This document shows positions 24,946-39,100 of a stretch of DNA of 64,000 bases, piece after piece. Under the pieces are notes generated by a model. It had not been told where the DNA came from, ran no database searches, and saw only the letters and a program-made list of their open reading frames with translations. Source of the DNA: Pocillopora damicornis (taxonomy: Eukaryota); NCBI RefSeq assembly GCF_003704095.1, contig NW_020846169.1, positions 186,001 through 250,000 on the forward strand, read 5' to 3'. How positions within the stretch are numbered: the stretch's first letter is position 1; each line of letters begins with the position of its first letter. Position numbers and translations under genes: made by a program.

Positions 24946-25639
24946 TCCATTTCGTTTTACTCTTTGAGAATTTTTATCTCTGCTCACGTTATAATCACGT
25001 AAATTACGGGGCTTGGCATGTTCACAAACCTTTGTTTCGTTCTTCTGGCTACAAAAGCAAGTGCAAATAACATTACGTAAGCAGTCTATAGTTAAAAGCT
25101 ATGGTACTGATCAATGAGTCACCGAAGTCGAAACACTGAAAAGCAACTTATATAAGACAGTTTAAGACACATGTAAAACACGAAAAAAGAAAAAAGAAAT
25201 GTTGGATACTCAAGCAGATGGAGCCGAGCAACCGCTAACAATAGAAGAGCGATTAGAACGGAGGCCAGAAAAAAACCTGCCAAAAAAACCCCGATGAGAA
25301 AAAAATAGTAAGGAAATCTGGGTAGGAACTGAGGCTCTAGCTCCGGAAACTATAAGCCCATCCTGACTATTCCTTGTGCCCGTGATGCACCGGTGTGGTA
25401 CCCAGGTCGTGAAGTGTCTCTTGCTGACAAAACATTTATTTCAGCCTTGTTCGCAAGCTCATTCGTCAGAAATAGCATTTTTATTTCTTGCAGATTAACC
25501 GAACCACGCGCAGGTACAATTAACCTAACCATAAAGATCGCATCCATCTGGCAAAACGGACGGCATTGTTTGCAAACAATATCCCGTGCAATTGTGGCAA
25601 TTATACACCAGAGAAACTGGGAGAGCGATGAAAAAGAGA

Positions 25640-26035
25640 ATTAAAGAAACAGGAAAGAGACATATGCCGCCACAGTGCGCCAATGAAACAGGAAACGTTA
25701 CTGTTTGGGACCAGGTCGTGACTTTCACTGGTACACGCGTAGGATTAAAGAAAGTCAAGAAGCCATCCAATAAGACTCCATCTTAATAACATCAATGGAG
25801 ATAACGGAATAAATCATGGGTGCACACTATGAAAAAAACAAAAGAGCCAATCAGTAACGAGGGTACAATATCAAATACTTGAAACGATGTAACGAGGATC
25901 CAAATGCACCAATAACAGCGCGCCACAACACATCACTAACAACAAACTAATGAGCTATAAACAGCGACAAGTAAATTTTCGACCTCGTTACCTCACGAAC
26001 ACTTGCAGTATAGCAGGCGAATCGTCACGATAAAA
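25640..26035 (+). mobile_element. Penelope-like element 3' fragment (GIY-YIG C-terminus plus decayed pLTR)
   Basis: Reads TG...WDQV...HWYTRRIKE...RLH.NNINGDNG, followed by an eroded hammerhead-like segment at about 25985-26030. Confidence 0.6.
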
Positions 26036-27128
26036 ACACGATTGAATCTTGCATGATGAGGCAAACGATGAAACTTTCATTTATCTATCAAACCTGAATG
26101 AAAAACAACATTTCCTATGACTACTTTTCACCTCTCAATAGTTTCATCTTCAGAGACATATTGCCGGTAATTATTGAATCTCCTAATTCTAATCAGTTTA
26201 AACGATCGGACTGTAACAATTTGTTAGTTAGAAGGTTACTCATTCCGTCGGTACCCTTTAAAGAATTCAATGCAGCTCAAAATTTGCCTGAGTCCGTTTT
26301 AGTCGAGGCACCTCTCCGAGTATGGTCATGACTCAAAACAACTTCACGTCTTTCAAAAATTGGTTGAATTACTGATGAAGCTCGCCAATTTCTTTTAAAC
26401 GTCATCATGATTTTGTGGGGGAAAGTGTTGCACATGGTCACCTCAAAAACGAAATCTTCCCTCACTCCTTCCTTTTTCCTATACCGATTCCCTCAATACC
26501 CTCATCAATGGTTGGTATCCTCTATTTTTTTTTTCAGTGCACGATTTTCTACTCCGCAGGCAATATCATGTACCTGAACGGTCTGGCCTGTTAAGTCTGC
26601 AATGAATTGTACCAAACTGTTTCGTTTGTGCTGGAGTTGACTATTAAGCCGGCACGGGGTATCCTTCTGTGATTCTGTTTTCTTTAATTCTTTGCGTTAA
26701 CGGGTGACAAGTTTTGGTATTCCAAAGCGTACAATAAATCCGTAGACATGGACTGAATATTAAGAAATGTTATACCAACTTATAGTTTAGTGCATACCAG
26801 ACAAGAACGAATAAAACAAAGATGGATGGTCAATATCTCATCACCAGCTAAGTGTCCCCATTTTCAACCACAGATTGAATAGCACATAGCGACTAGATGG
26901 GATTTGCTTCTGAGCAACATAATGAAAACTTTACTTGAATTTCGCCCAGACAGACCACTGTGCAACATTCAAAACTATTTATTACACACAAGAAATAAAT
27001 CGTTACAAGGTAAGTTAGTGTATGCAAGCTTCTCGAACATCTTAAACTCACAAAGGAACTCAAATATGCGTGTGAAATGTTTGACAAGGTCACTTTGAAA
27101 ATGAATAAGTACACAGACTTGGAAAACA

Positions 27129-30100
27129 CTATTCAAATGTATCAACTGAAGAACTCTTGAAAGAATTTCGAAGATCCTATGGGAAAAAAAAGATAAATAA
27201 AAAATTACTTAACATAAAACCTTTCATTTATTTCAGGCCCCAGAATTTGACTCTAACTTGTAAGTTCGTTGAAAGTCCTCGCTTATTTTGTGCTGTGTTG
27301 ATAATTTGAAATCCTAAAAATCTCAGATTAATGTAACTCATCTCAAACATTGCTCTATAAAAGAAATTATTCGAAAGTAAAATTTACCAATGTTTTAAAC
27401 CGCTGACACATATGCATGCAGTCCTGTATAATAGGATGCTGGTATAAGAGGTGGAATGGAACGGCTTCTGTTTCCTCGGCACCAAGTTCCACAAACACAC
27501 CTGCCAAACGTTCCTGTTATAAATAATAAAAATAGTAAAAATAAAAACTTCAAGATCTTCTTCTAAAGAATGTGAGAACAAACATAAATCTAAAGGTAAT
27601 TTTGGTTTTATTAGTTGAGTTGATAATGTCGATGGCCACCGTTAACAGTTTCAAAGCTAAAGTTTTGGGCGTTGGACCTTCGTCAGAGCGAATGGGGGAA
27701 TTGTAGGTTGTGTGTGTGTTTTACATGCAGGAAATGGACCTACATTATTGGTGGGAACATGATGACGAGAATTTTCAAGAATTGTGCGGCTTTCCGAACT
27801 GCAATTCCCTTTTGTCATTTTCTTAGACTTAGTTGTAGTGATGACCCTGGTTTTTTCGACGAGTCAGAGGTAATGGTCCAGTTTTCCGAAAAAAAGTGGC
27901 TATCCTGTTTCAGTCAGTCAAGTGGGCCACCACCGCGCCCAACAAATTGATCGACAGTCAGCACTACAAACGGAACAGAAGGAAAATACCGATCGCAATC
28001 CATTCACTCGCACATTTCACCCTCACAACCACGTAGGTAAATCATCATTCCTTAAAACTTTAAATTACTTTTTAATGATTCAGAGACTGGTACTGTCTTT
28101 TCGAAACCTCCACTTATTTCATTGAAACGTTACAAAAAGATAGGCACCTATGTGGTCAGAAGTTCATCACAAACTAATGACCAACCCAGAACTTTCTAAT
28201 GCGCTCGCCTACGATGCAAAACCTGTCCTTTCATTCATAAAGTTGAGAAAATATTGATCCAAAGCATCCATTAAGATTACTGATCACTTCACGTGCATCT
28301 CCATCAAAGTCATCTCTAGCATACCTTGCACTATGTGCAAAAAGATATTCTTGGTAAAACAGATAGCCGACTAGGTGACCGATTCCGAGAACACCTTTGT
28401 GACGTAGAGAGGAATAACATGGACGCATCCAAACCAGTTGCCACACACGTTAATCTTTCTGATCATTCTAAGCAGCACATGGTAGTCTGCGGCCTTTCCT
28501 TACAAATGGGCAGTTTGGAAAGCCTCAAAACTTTTGAACAACAATTTATCTATCAAATCGGCACCCTTAATGCCCACGGTATCAACGAACGCTTGACATT
28601 TAAAAAATTTACTCCTGTTCATTGGAAACATGATGACACCCTCGGTTTTTACTCTCTTACCTTCGCAAATGTATCGTCTGGGTCAGCCGTAACATTAAGG
28701 CGATATGTATCTTCCCGTTGCCCTTCACCATGATGAAAAACCTGCCAATGGAGACAAAATTAAACAAAATGATTGAAAAAAGATTGGAACAAACCTGACT
28801 CTGATTCATGAGTGAAAAAAGCAAGGGATGGTACCTTCATTAGGTTGTCCAGTGTCACAAGTGAGTTCATTTCAGGTGGTGGTGAAGTGGGTTCCTGGGA
28901 TACAAGTCAATTTCATTAATAATTGTGCTTACTGTTCACCGCCCTGGTACTCAGCACGTGGACGAGGAAAGATTGTTAACTGGAACCAAAACCTCAACTA
29001 TCGCTATAGCTTTGAATAGGAAGCTTGCGTGCAAAATCGAGAGAATGATCGAAAAAATCAACCGTAATAAGTCGTTTGGATACCGTTGATAAGTACATTT
29101 TACATCTGCGAAACAGTGAAAATGTTATAACATTTACTTTGTCTGCCTATATAATTTTCTGTAATAACTTCTTTGAATGTTATGATTGCACTTTTCAGTC
29201 CTAAAATAAGTCCTTAATAATATTTTGTTGTTATGTTGTTCTTCTTCTTTCCTGTTTAACAGAGAAGAACACAGGAAATGCCCCACGTATGAATTAAATC
29301 CCATTCGCGCTTGAGAATGATTCCGTTCATAGATCATTTATACTTAGCGATGTTTTACAGACCTGGATTTGTGGGACACTGACGTCACCGCCATATTCTT
29401 CCGTCATTGGTTGAGGGAGATGAACTAAAGACTTGCTGGACGGCATTGGTTGGTTTGCAACAAGGCTCAGTCCTCGAAGAAAACCCTCTAAGGGGTCTGG
29501 GTCAACAGCAAAGTACAACAGCTGTTTGAAAAAGACGGGAAAACATTGAAATGGTCATGTTCAGTTTCCAAGTATTGTGAGTTTCACAGTATGACATATC
29601 CTCATCAAAATTTTCCGACAGATGAAAATATAAATATCCGGCCGGAAAAGGAAACCAGAATTCATCATGTTTATCAAAAGAAAACGGGCTAATATGCAAA
29701 GCAAAGGACCCTTTTTACTCGCAAACTTTTCTTTCCTGTTTCAAACGACAGCCTTTCCAAATATTTATTAAATATCATGGGGAANNNNNNNNNNNNNNNN
29801 NNNNNNNNNNNNNNNNNNNNNNNNNNNNNNNNNNNNNNNNNNNNNNNNNNNNNNNNNNNNNNNNNNNNNNNNNNNNNNNNNNNNGGCCTGTACGGGATTT
29901 GAACCCATGACCTCTGCAATATCGGTGCAGTGCTCTACCAACTGAGCTTACAAGTAAACTGGGAGCTGGTCACTATGTTGGTCCCAAAGAAACCAATGAA
30001 GTGATGAATAAATGATCGTGAACATATCATTGAAAATCATATATGTTCATTACTGCGAAGATCTCTTTCATATTCACGTCTTTATCCGCAGTTCGCATTC

Positions 30101-33100
30101 ATGATTTTCACATATTTACAGTCAGTAGGTAACTTCGTTGCATAATTTAGTGCTCGCTTGAGTAATCCACTTACTCAACTCACCACATAAAATGGTGCAC
30201 ACTGCAATCCTATAAACCACCTTTTAAAAACAACTTTGTTAAACTTACATTCTTTAGCTTGCCTAGTCTGTCAAATGCAGGAGACTCATCCGGGTCTTGA
30301 GGATTTTCAAGCTCTTGTTGCCCTGAGAACCAAAGTCCTACCTACTCACACGTGAGAACAGAGAACATGTCAGCTGTAGATAGTAAATAACGAGTTACAT
30401 GAAAAGACCATGTGTTTGTGCGAATGCAACCTTAAAAACAGAAACTAACTTAAAAGTTTCTGAAAATCAAATTGTGTTTACGTCTGATACGTTGAACAAG
30501 AACAAAGCAAAAGTGTAACCGGAGGGCGAATGGGATCCTAAATCCGACAAAGAAAAGCTCCACCGATACACAGGAAAAATATTTCCTTTGAAATTAATTG
30601 AATAACATGCCATGCAACTATCAGAAAACAAACTTCAATGGAAAGTATCCTTTGTTATGTGCACGTACAGGACAATGCACATGCACATGACAATGCACTA
30701 ATGATATCACAAAAATCGATAGTCTTTAAATTACGTAGTCGCAAAAATAACCCTAAGGTATACCACTGCCGGACGTATACAAACCTGTTCAAATCGTTGC
30801 TGGGTTAGAGATCCTGACAGTGTAGTGTCTACCTCACGACAATGTTCCAGCGTTAACAACAAATCCATTTTTGATGCTGGAGGCCAGGGCTGCGCGGCCG
30901 CCAAAAGAAACCTCCGCCAATCAATAAACTCAGTGTCCAGAGCAAGTAATGAGCACACCTCTTGTAGCTGGTGAGTGAAAATATAAGAAGTCATTTTCCC
31001 TGGTATGCAGAAAGATTATGCGAACCTCTGAATACGTCATTCGCACTAATGAAGGGCTGCTGCTCGAGACGTCAGCCTTGAAACTCTTTACGGTGGCTAG
31101 TATGTACTTATTAACTGAGCGGGAGGGCCAGACAGGAATATATTTGGCTCGAGGTCACGTCGCATCTGGCTCGACCACACTCAGTCAATAAGCATTTTAT
31201 AATATGATCACTGACTAAGTTTGAAACATTCGAAAAGTTTGTTTTAACTTAAATAGGACGCGATAGACTTGCGCGCGGGAAACCACAAAAAAGACTACAA
31301 TAAAAACGTTTCCTTTGTTTTTTTTGAGCCTGAACAAGAAACTTACAGTTTATCGAAAACGTAAATTATTTTCTCATTCTTGTTCACTGCTTTTGATCAC
31401 TTTTTGCAACAATGCTGTACAAGTGCACTAGGGCCGAACGGCTGTTTCCGGACCGGCTCACATCAACTCGTCTGGCACTACACACTTCAGCTATCACAGT
31501 AACTATGGCTGTCTATGGGATTGCGCGGTTTGAAAAATGATTGAAATAGTATCAGGGCTATTCAACCCACCTGTTGCTGTGTTATGTTCATCCACGAGTC
31601 TGGTAGCAGCTCCATCCCGTGCTGTTGAAATAAAAACAAAAGCAACGTAAATTGGACGCTTATGTACGCTACTGCTAATATAATAAGACGAACAGACAAA
31701 ACAAGCGACAGCACAGAAACATTGGAGGGTATATTTGCAGCACTCACGGTTAAAGCTGTCATATCCATTATGGTGTCACAAAATGCTCGATTGGAAATGA
31801 CCCCACTTGGGGCTGTCTCCAACATCTGCAATGTTGCACACAAATAATACATTGTAAATTAAAAAGAGTTTCTAAAAATAAAAATAAAAAAACATGTCTG
31901 TCAGCGTGACTTTCTGGCTTTATGTCTATCTGTATATTTGTTGGTCTATCAATTTCTTTGTCTAACTGTCTGTCTGTCCATCCGACTGTCTGTTTGTCAG
32001 TTTGGTTTTCTAACTACTTCTTTGTTTATCCGTTTGGTTGTCTAACTATTTCTTTGTCTGTCTGTCTGTCTTTCCGTTCGACTGTCTGTTTGTAATATTG
32101 GTTGTCTATCTCTTTTTTTTCTGTCTGTCTGTCTGTCCGACTATCTGTTTGACAGTTTGGTTGTCTCTGTTACGTATTTGCCAATCAATCCAAGACATTC
32201 AATCAGACAAAAGGTGCAATACCTGTCGATGTAAGTTCAACAGTTGATTCACAGTAAATGTGTCACTCTGAGGCACCTCCGTTGGGCTTGGAGGCGGCGG
32301 TGGTGTGGGTGTCTTAAACGTCTTGGTGTCCTTACAAAAGAGACAATAGTAAAGTATGGAAGTAAGAATATAAAGGCAGAGTGGACAATAAGCACATTGA
32401 CGAGGACGTCATTTAGTACCTACCACAGTAGATGGAAAAGCCATTCATAACTCAACTTCCAATCACAACTTGTTTCACTTGAACCTCAGTAGTGCAGATT
32501 GAAAGGTGACTAGGTGTAGTATCCTGTTCTCAAAGTATTTACCCCGAACGAATAAAATCAACTGGGATCAGCAAATTTCCTGTATGGAGCAGTTTCAAGT
32601 CCTCTTTAATTCCCTTAGTTTACCTTCACGACAAAGACACAATTTGGCTACATAAACATCCCACGCCTTTACCGCAGATTTTCCAAAGCGATGAGGGGGG
32701 GAGGGGTCATTTTCCTTTGACTGACATTTATGACCAAAAAATTGTTTTTGAAAAGCAACATCAGACTCTTACCAGATCGACAACAAAGTCTTTGTCCATC
32801 AGAAGACTTTCTTCTTGTAACTTTTCCTCTTTCTCCACTGCAAAACGTATATTCTCTGCCATTTCTTTGATGCTAATACCGAAAAAAAAATCCAGTTAAG
32901 AAACGTGTTATGCTGGGCTACTGTGTCATGTCTCGTCTACACCTGGCCTAACATTTTCAGGATTCATTGATATTTTCACCTACCAGTGACTAGCTTGTAA
33001 TACCTATGAACTTAGAATTTCGACAATCACCTTCCAACTTCTTGCAGGAACCTTTCTCCCAGCCAGTCATCCATGTCTTTGTAAGTTGAATCCGCCTTTC

Positions 33101-36100
33101 CCTGAAATGAAAAGAGACATAGGTTTATTTGCGTCTGAAGTCATCAGTAAGCACTTTTCATAAATCAGGTGATCTAGCAGAGCCAGCCTTGTCCTTGAGC
33201 AAGTGTTAGACAGGGACGTGCTGAAAAATAGATATAGGAACCTTTAATCAACGTCAACATCCAACACAGCAAACCCGCTGAGAAAAGATATATTCCAGTT
33301 GAGGGCATTTAGTATTCTGTTTCACAGTGAACTATCTTTTCCTCTCCAAACCAACTCTGTCGAGAGAGACATCATCACCGATAGGGAAACATTTACAAAT
33401 ACAAAGAGAGACTTCTCATGTTATGAGCGTAATATTCCAAGATACATTGGCAAAAGGGGTGATAGTTATTTTCCATGCAAAACTTGACTCTAAATACAAA
33501 TTTGTTAATATTATCTTCAATTATTCTCCAAAACGAAAGCAAGTTATTTAGCATGCCAAAGAAGTGAACGAATTCGTTAAAAACCAATTCAGAGAAGGAA
33601 TACTTCGCCCTCGCTTCCAGAAAAAAAAGACGGGGAGTCACGTGACCATAATACCCATTCAAGAGTTATGTGGAATGGTTTGGTTTGCTCTACAAGTGGT
33701 CACCCAGAAGTAAAGAAATCCACAACATCACAGAGAGCTTACATCATTACCCGGAATGTAAGAACTGCAGGTGGGATGCATTCAACTCAAAATTAGGCCA
33801 ACAGCTATAAAAAGTGTTTACAAGTACCTTAAGTTCCTGTAGAACCGCAATGGCGTGGTTTTTTATCATTTCAAGGCGGGTTTTCAATCCATTGTCTGAA
33901 AGACACAAGACTCGATGTTGTTTGTAAAATGAGGGCAAGAAATACAGAAATATATGCACGACAGATGTAAGGCAGACTTAAAAGAAGGTGAGATTGGGGG
34001 GATCTGTTCGTCTCACCTTCTGAACCAACAGCACCAAGAAATTCCTTTCTTGCTCTCTCCTTTGTTTTCTGCTTGAGCTTCTCTTCTTCAGACTGTCCTT
34101 CTTGGTCTTCTGGTGGAGCTAAAAATGATTAGACAAGTAAACAAATTCACTGTTTTCCCTTAGGCTGGAGCTATGTCAATTTACTACGGTATAACAACGT
34201 TCCTCTACTCTTCAGTAAAGTAAACTTCAAGAGCCCTGATACAGCGTATTAATACAATAGCTGATAGAGCTTAGGGGTGGGTCTCAATTTTATTCCTTAA
34301 TTTTGATGCGCTATAAGTTTTCAACAACACCAAACGGTAAACATACGCGGAGGAGGTGTCTCTGTCTTAGACGGTGATCCGCCCTTTCCAGGACTCTTCC
34401 GTCCTTTCTTGTCTTTCTTGTCTTTTGCTTTCTTCTGCAACGCTTCTTTCTCCTTTTCTTTTTCAAGCTCGGCCTGTCTTATAGCCTCAGCCTCTTGCTC
34501 TGTCTGATCTATCAAGGCCTGTGTGAAAAACAAAAGGATTAGCATAACAGAATCTTATTAACACGCCTAAACTCAGTGACAACTGCTTACCAGTGTGTCG
34601 ATGATTGTCAGAGCCATTATAAAAGCATCGAAGACGAGCTGTCAAAAACAGAGAGCATAAAAGGTTAGTAAAATCAACGGAAAATATAGCAGCAGCATCA
34701 CTGAGAAAAATTCCTCGAAGAAAGATTATGTTGATAGCCATGACTGTCATGACCGATACAAAGGCTTACGAGTTAATATATAGATTTAGCCAAGCCTAAA
34801 AGCGGANNNNNNNNNNNNNNNNNNNNNNNNNNNNNNNNNNNNNNNNNNNNNNNNNNNNNNNNNNNNNNNNNNNNNNNNNNNNNNNNNNNNNNNNNNNNNN
34901 NNNNNNTAGCAACAAATGGTTTAATTATTCGGCACCATAGCCTCTAATACTTCTCACACAGATCTCCGCTTGAAAACTGACAAACAGAAGTCGAAAGACA
35001 AGGCCATCACGGCCAGAACCAATTCTGTGGGACAACTAGAAGTCGGAACCCTTTATTATACAGCTTATTGAAATATGAGAGGAGACCAACAATGACATCA
35101 TTCCTTTCAGGGTTACAACATGTTTCAATGCAGCACCGCACTGCAAAACAAGTAATAATTATTCACTCGCAAAGTCACCCCTGATGCGTATGTTTTTTAT
35201 GCAGCATGGGAATTCTTAAACTCAAAACTCAAACCTTCAAAATAGGCCTACTACCATAACGGTGTTTTGTATCGATAAAAGTTTAACTCATAACCGTCAC
35301 ATTTAGATCACTTATAAACGGTTGCTATATTCCTTTAGTGCAGGCTTATTTCTGTTTAGATGCATTTTGTATTCATAGAGATAGAAATGCACTAAAAGTT
35401 GTTAGGATCCTTAAAATTGTGAAATCCTTATGAAATTACATATGTGCACAGAGAAGTATGATGATTGCTGCCATATCCACAGCACAGTTACCGAGGCTTT
35501 TGTTCCTCCTCCGGTGCTTCTGAAGGTTCAGGAGTTTTTGAACTCTTATCTCTGTCTTTTTTACCAGATGGACTTTTGACCTCAGTCTTTTCGGTGGCTG
35601 CTAAGTTCGTTACACTTTCACTTCCCCCAGACTTGGATGATGCAGACTGTGGTCTTACAGTCAGTGGTAGTTCGACAAGTGATAAGCGCGCGTAGTCTGT
35701 GATAACTTCTGATGGAATTTTACCTGTTGATGAAATAGGGGAAAACCATTTGTGAAAAGCAATATTATCTGAAAGAAACAGCACTCTCAAGTCGTAACGA
35801 CGAAACAAAAAATCCCCGAAGGAGAGAATTTTAACAATCAGGAAGGATGTTTGAGCACTATCCATCGAGCCAAAGGTATCGAAATCTCCGGTTAGAAATC
35901 AAAGGGAACAGGAAAAATTTTAATAACAGATTCCAAGAATGTATATTTGTGGAAATTGTCCATTACATTAGCGACAACTTTCGCCATGCAGATTAGCTTC
36001 CTTCACTTGAGACACAAAATGGCGGTTTATGCTGCACTAAACTGTATCAGTGCGTGACAATTGGCCTTATGCCATCAAATTTGTACAATTTGTTTTATAG

Positions 36101-39100
36101 ACCTTTATTGTTGAACAAACGTATTTGACCCGCACCGCCCAAGTAAGTTGATCTTAAGCAAGGTCTTAGTCCAGTCCATTTTCCTAAAAAAAAATCCGCT
36201 GGAAGGAGAACGCCCCTGTTTTCAAGTTGGATCTCCTCACCTTCCATACCAACATAATAGTCCCTCAGTAACCGCACTGTATCTTGGTATCTATCGACTT
36301 CTGCTTGCATTAGTGTGATGTAAAAGTTTGTGAGAAGACCAAGCCGATCCTCCAGCCAGCCCTCATTCATCACTGATTGACGCTCTTTCTCTGCTAGGTC
36401 TTTGCGATTGTCACAGATATCGTTCAAACGATCACAAAGGTCCTGCAGAGAAAAAAAAACAATTATTTCTTTCTACAGCAAATTAAAAACAAATTACCAA
36501 GAGCTCGCCGACGAATCATCTGCAATTTAGATGGTAAAACATTTTGGAAAGTAACACTGCAATTCAGGCTGAGGTTCAAATTCACACTGAGGACTTTATC
36601 TTTGTCCCACACCCGCGACATATTGTTTTAAATATAAATATAAATATTTCCATAAAAGTAAGGGGGAGTGGGTACAAACATCTAGCTGCTGGTGTAGCTC
36701 CGCTTTGGTATCCTCGTCTCCTCTCATGTCTTCAGTCACTTCATTGTACGACTGCAAGATCAATCGTACAAGCAACTCTGTTAATGGTTACAATATTAAA
36801 ATCGCGGTAAGGTTGAGATAATGAAAGTAGCAGTTGGCGATATTCTAAAATTCCAAAAAACAAAACTGCCGATATTTGAGCAGAAGAATCCCAAAACGTG
36901 GCAACTAATAGTGCTCCAGGCGTATTACCCATAAGTTACCAAACAAGAAAGATAATTTAGGGTTTACAGTTACGGTGCAGAATTTAAGGATTTTATCATC
37001 AAGAGGTTGACTGACTAATTCGAAAGAGTAAACAGAAAAGCTGTCTGCTTTTATTTCAGGCACAATACACAGTCCACATGAAAATTGCCTCGCACTCCAG
37101 TTAGAAGAATTTTACTGGAACAAAGGTTAAATAGCAACACATACGTTGCTAGGAAAATACATTTCAATAATGCCAAAGGCCAGCACCTCTAGGTATGGAC
37201 CTATCAGGCGTTCAGCCCTTAGTATAGTCTAAAAACGACAATTAGAGAGTAGGCCAAGAATAAAACTTCTTGAAAGTGAGACCATGTTTAAGGTGTGAAA
37301 AGCATCTTGCAAGACAAAATCCCCCTCTCACTGCTTGTAAATAGTTTTGATTGCCGTTTAAATTGTTCTTTAGAATTTACCTTTTGCCATTGAAGGACAT
37401 ATTCCTGTTTCTCATCTGGCCTCTTCAAAAACGCTACAAAATCTTTTCTGTAAAACGAACCAAATCATCTAATTAACATGGATGGTCAAAAGAACTACAA
37501 TAGATGAAATGATGAGATGTTTGAGGAACTAAATCACATAAAACGACAGCAAAAAGTCATCAAGGAAAAAATAATCAATAACCAAGCAACAAATCTCTGT
37601 TGAAACATGTTCATTTATAGTAGAAGATGTGGTAGTTGGTGATTATCATAAATAGCTAACTATTTAAGAAAGCAAAAACATTGTTGGCTTGGTTTCTTCC
37701 CCTAAATTACATAAAACATTCGAGCTTCTAAAGGGAACCTCTAACCTTACTCCGTAGAAATATCTATGGATAAGTTCTCTTTCACGTCTGATCAATCCAA
37801 AGACGTTTTTACAAGATTCAACGTAGACTTCTTCAGTACTCTCCCACTGAGAGACAAGAACTCCAGCAAAATCCTACAGAGATACAAGTGACTTAATAAA
37901 TACTGATTTCTGACACAAATTAAAAGCGCAAACAGAAACTCAATGATTTTTTTGCTGATAAAAAAACATTTGGACACACACAAAAAAGCATATATCTTAA
38001 TAAGGAACCTCTTTGAAGGGAAAGTATAAACTTTATTTAAATTGTCAGAGAAACGGGGAATCATTTAATCCTGTTTAGGAAGAGCCGATATACGTGATGT
38101 CTGCACCAACCCTCTTGTAATTCGGGTTTTCTAACTCGAAACTTTCCAAAATAGAGTAAACAATCATATATGAAAATTATGAAGCTCTCTAAAAAAATTA
38201 CAAACATGTACCTGAAAACGTTTGGTACTAAAGAAGAAAATACATATACCATATATGATTCGTTCTCTGTTCTTCTTCAATATATATTTAGAGTGCCATA
38301 AACTTTGACTGGCCCATCGATTAGCTTGCCTATTTGCGGGCCAGTCCAATGTGCGAAGCAAATGATAACTGTTATACTCCTAAAAAGTCATATTTAACAG
38401 GCAACACAGTAAGCATTGAATGATATGGAATTTAAAAAAAACATACCACATCAATAGCTTGATCAACATATTCCCAGTCCTCGGAACCAGGCTCTGGCTC
38501 GGGTGGCCCCTGGGGTTCAGGTGGTATCTCCTCCTCTGGCTCTTCAGCGCCTTTCTCTGAGATATCAGGGTTATTTTGACTTATTATTGTTAGTTTATAA
38601 CGTAAAGTGAACCTTTGCTACTTCAAAACTCACATCTACCCGAATAAGAAAATATTTTCCTTGGGTTTGAGTCACCTATTATACTGTTATTTTGCACATG
38701 GTAACTCAAACACTTGCTAGCTCGAACAACAGGTACGTCGAAGCAATCTTTTGTTTCCATTTAAATTATTTCAATGCAATTTCACCCTTGAAAACTAGTG
38801 CTTTTAGGCGCTCATTTTAGCATCTCTGGAGTCCGGTTAGGCTTTCACTGGTTTAAGGTAAAGCTAACTAAAATGACTTTTATTTCCATCAAGCTGCGCT
38901 GCTAAACTCCATCTTCAAACGCTCTATCACCACTTAACTTTTCTTTTCCATGATACAATGGATTAAAAGGTATTCTATGTACAAACGCAATATTTTCCAT
39001 CTTTCCAGTCTTTTTCTCTCCACTTCTGATCACGCAAACTCACGACAACCTGAATCTTTCTATATTTCTCAGGCTCTGAGTGTTTATGTATTTTGCTGTT

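Noticed and set aside
26100-26700. Possible LINE ORF1 (GDSII-like) remnant on the minus strand
   Set aside because: Only one short motif, too degraded to support.
28934-28979. Possible extra SPEF2 exon with AG/GT ends
   Set aside because: It would break phase and leave an intron of about 39 nt.
29885-29955. Apparent tRNA-Ile(GAT) on the minus strand
   Set aside because: There is no proper acceptor stem, it is embedded in a longer repeat body beside a gap, and related decayed copies occur elsewhere. It is best read as a SINE head.
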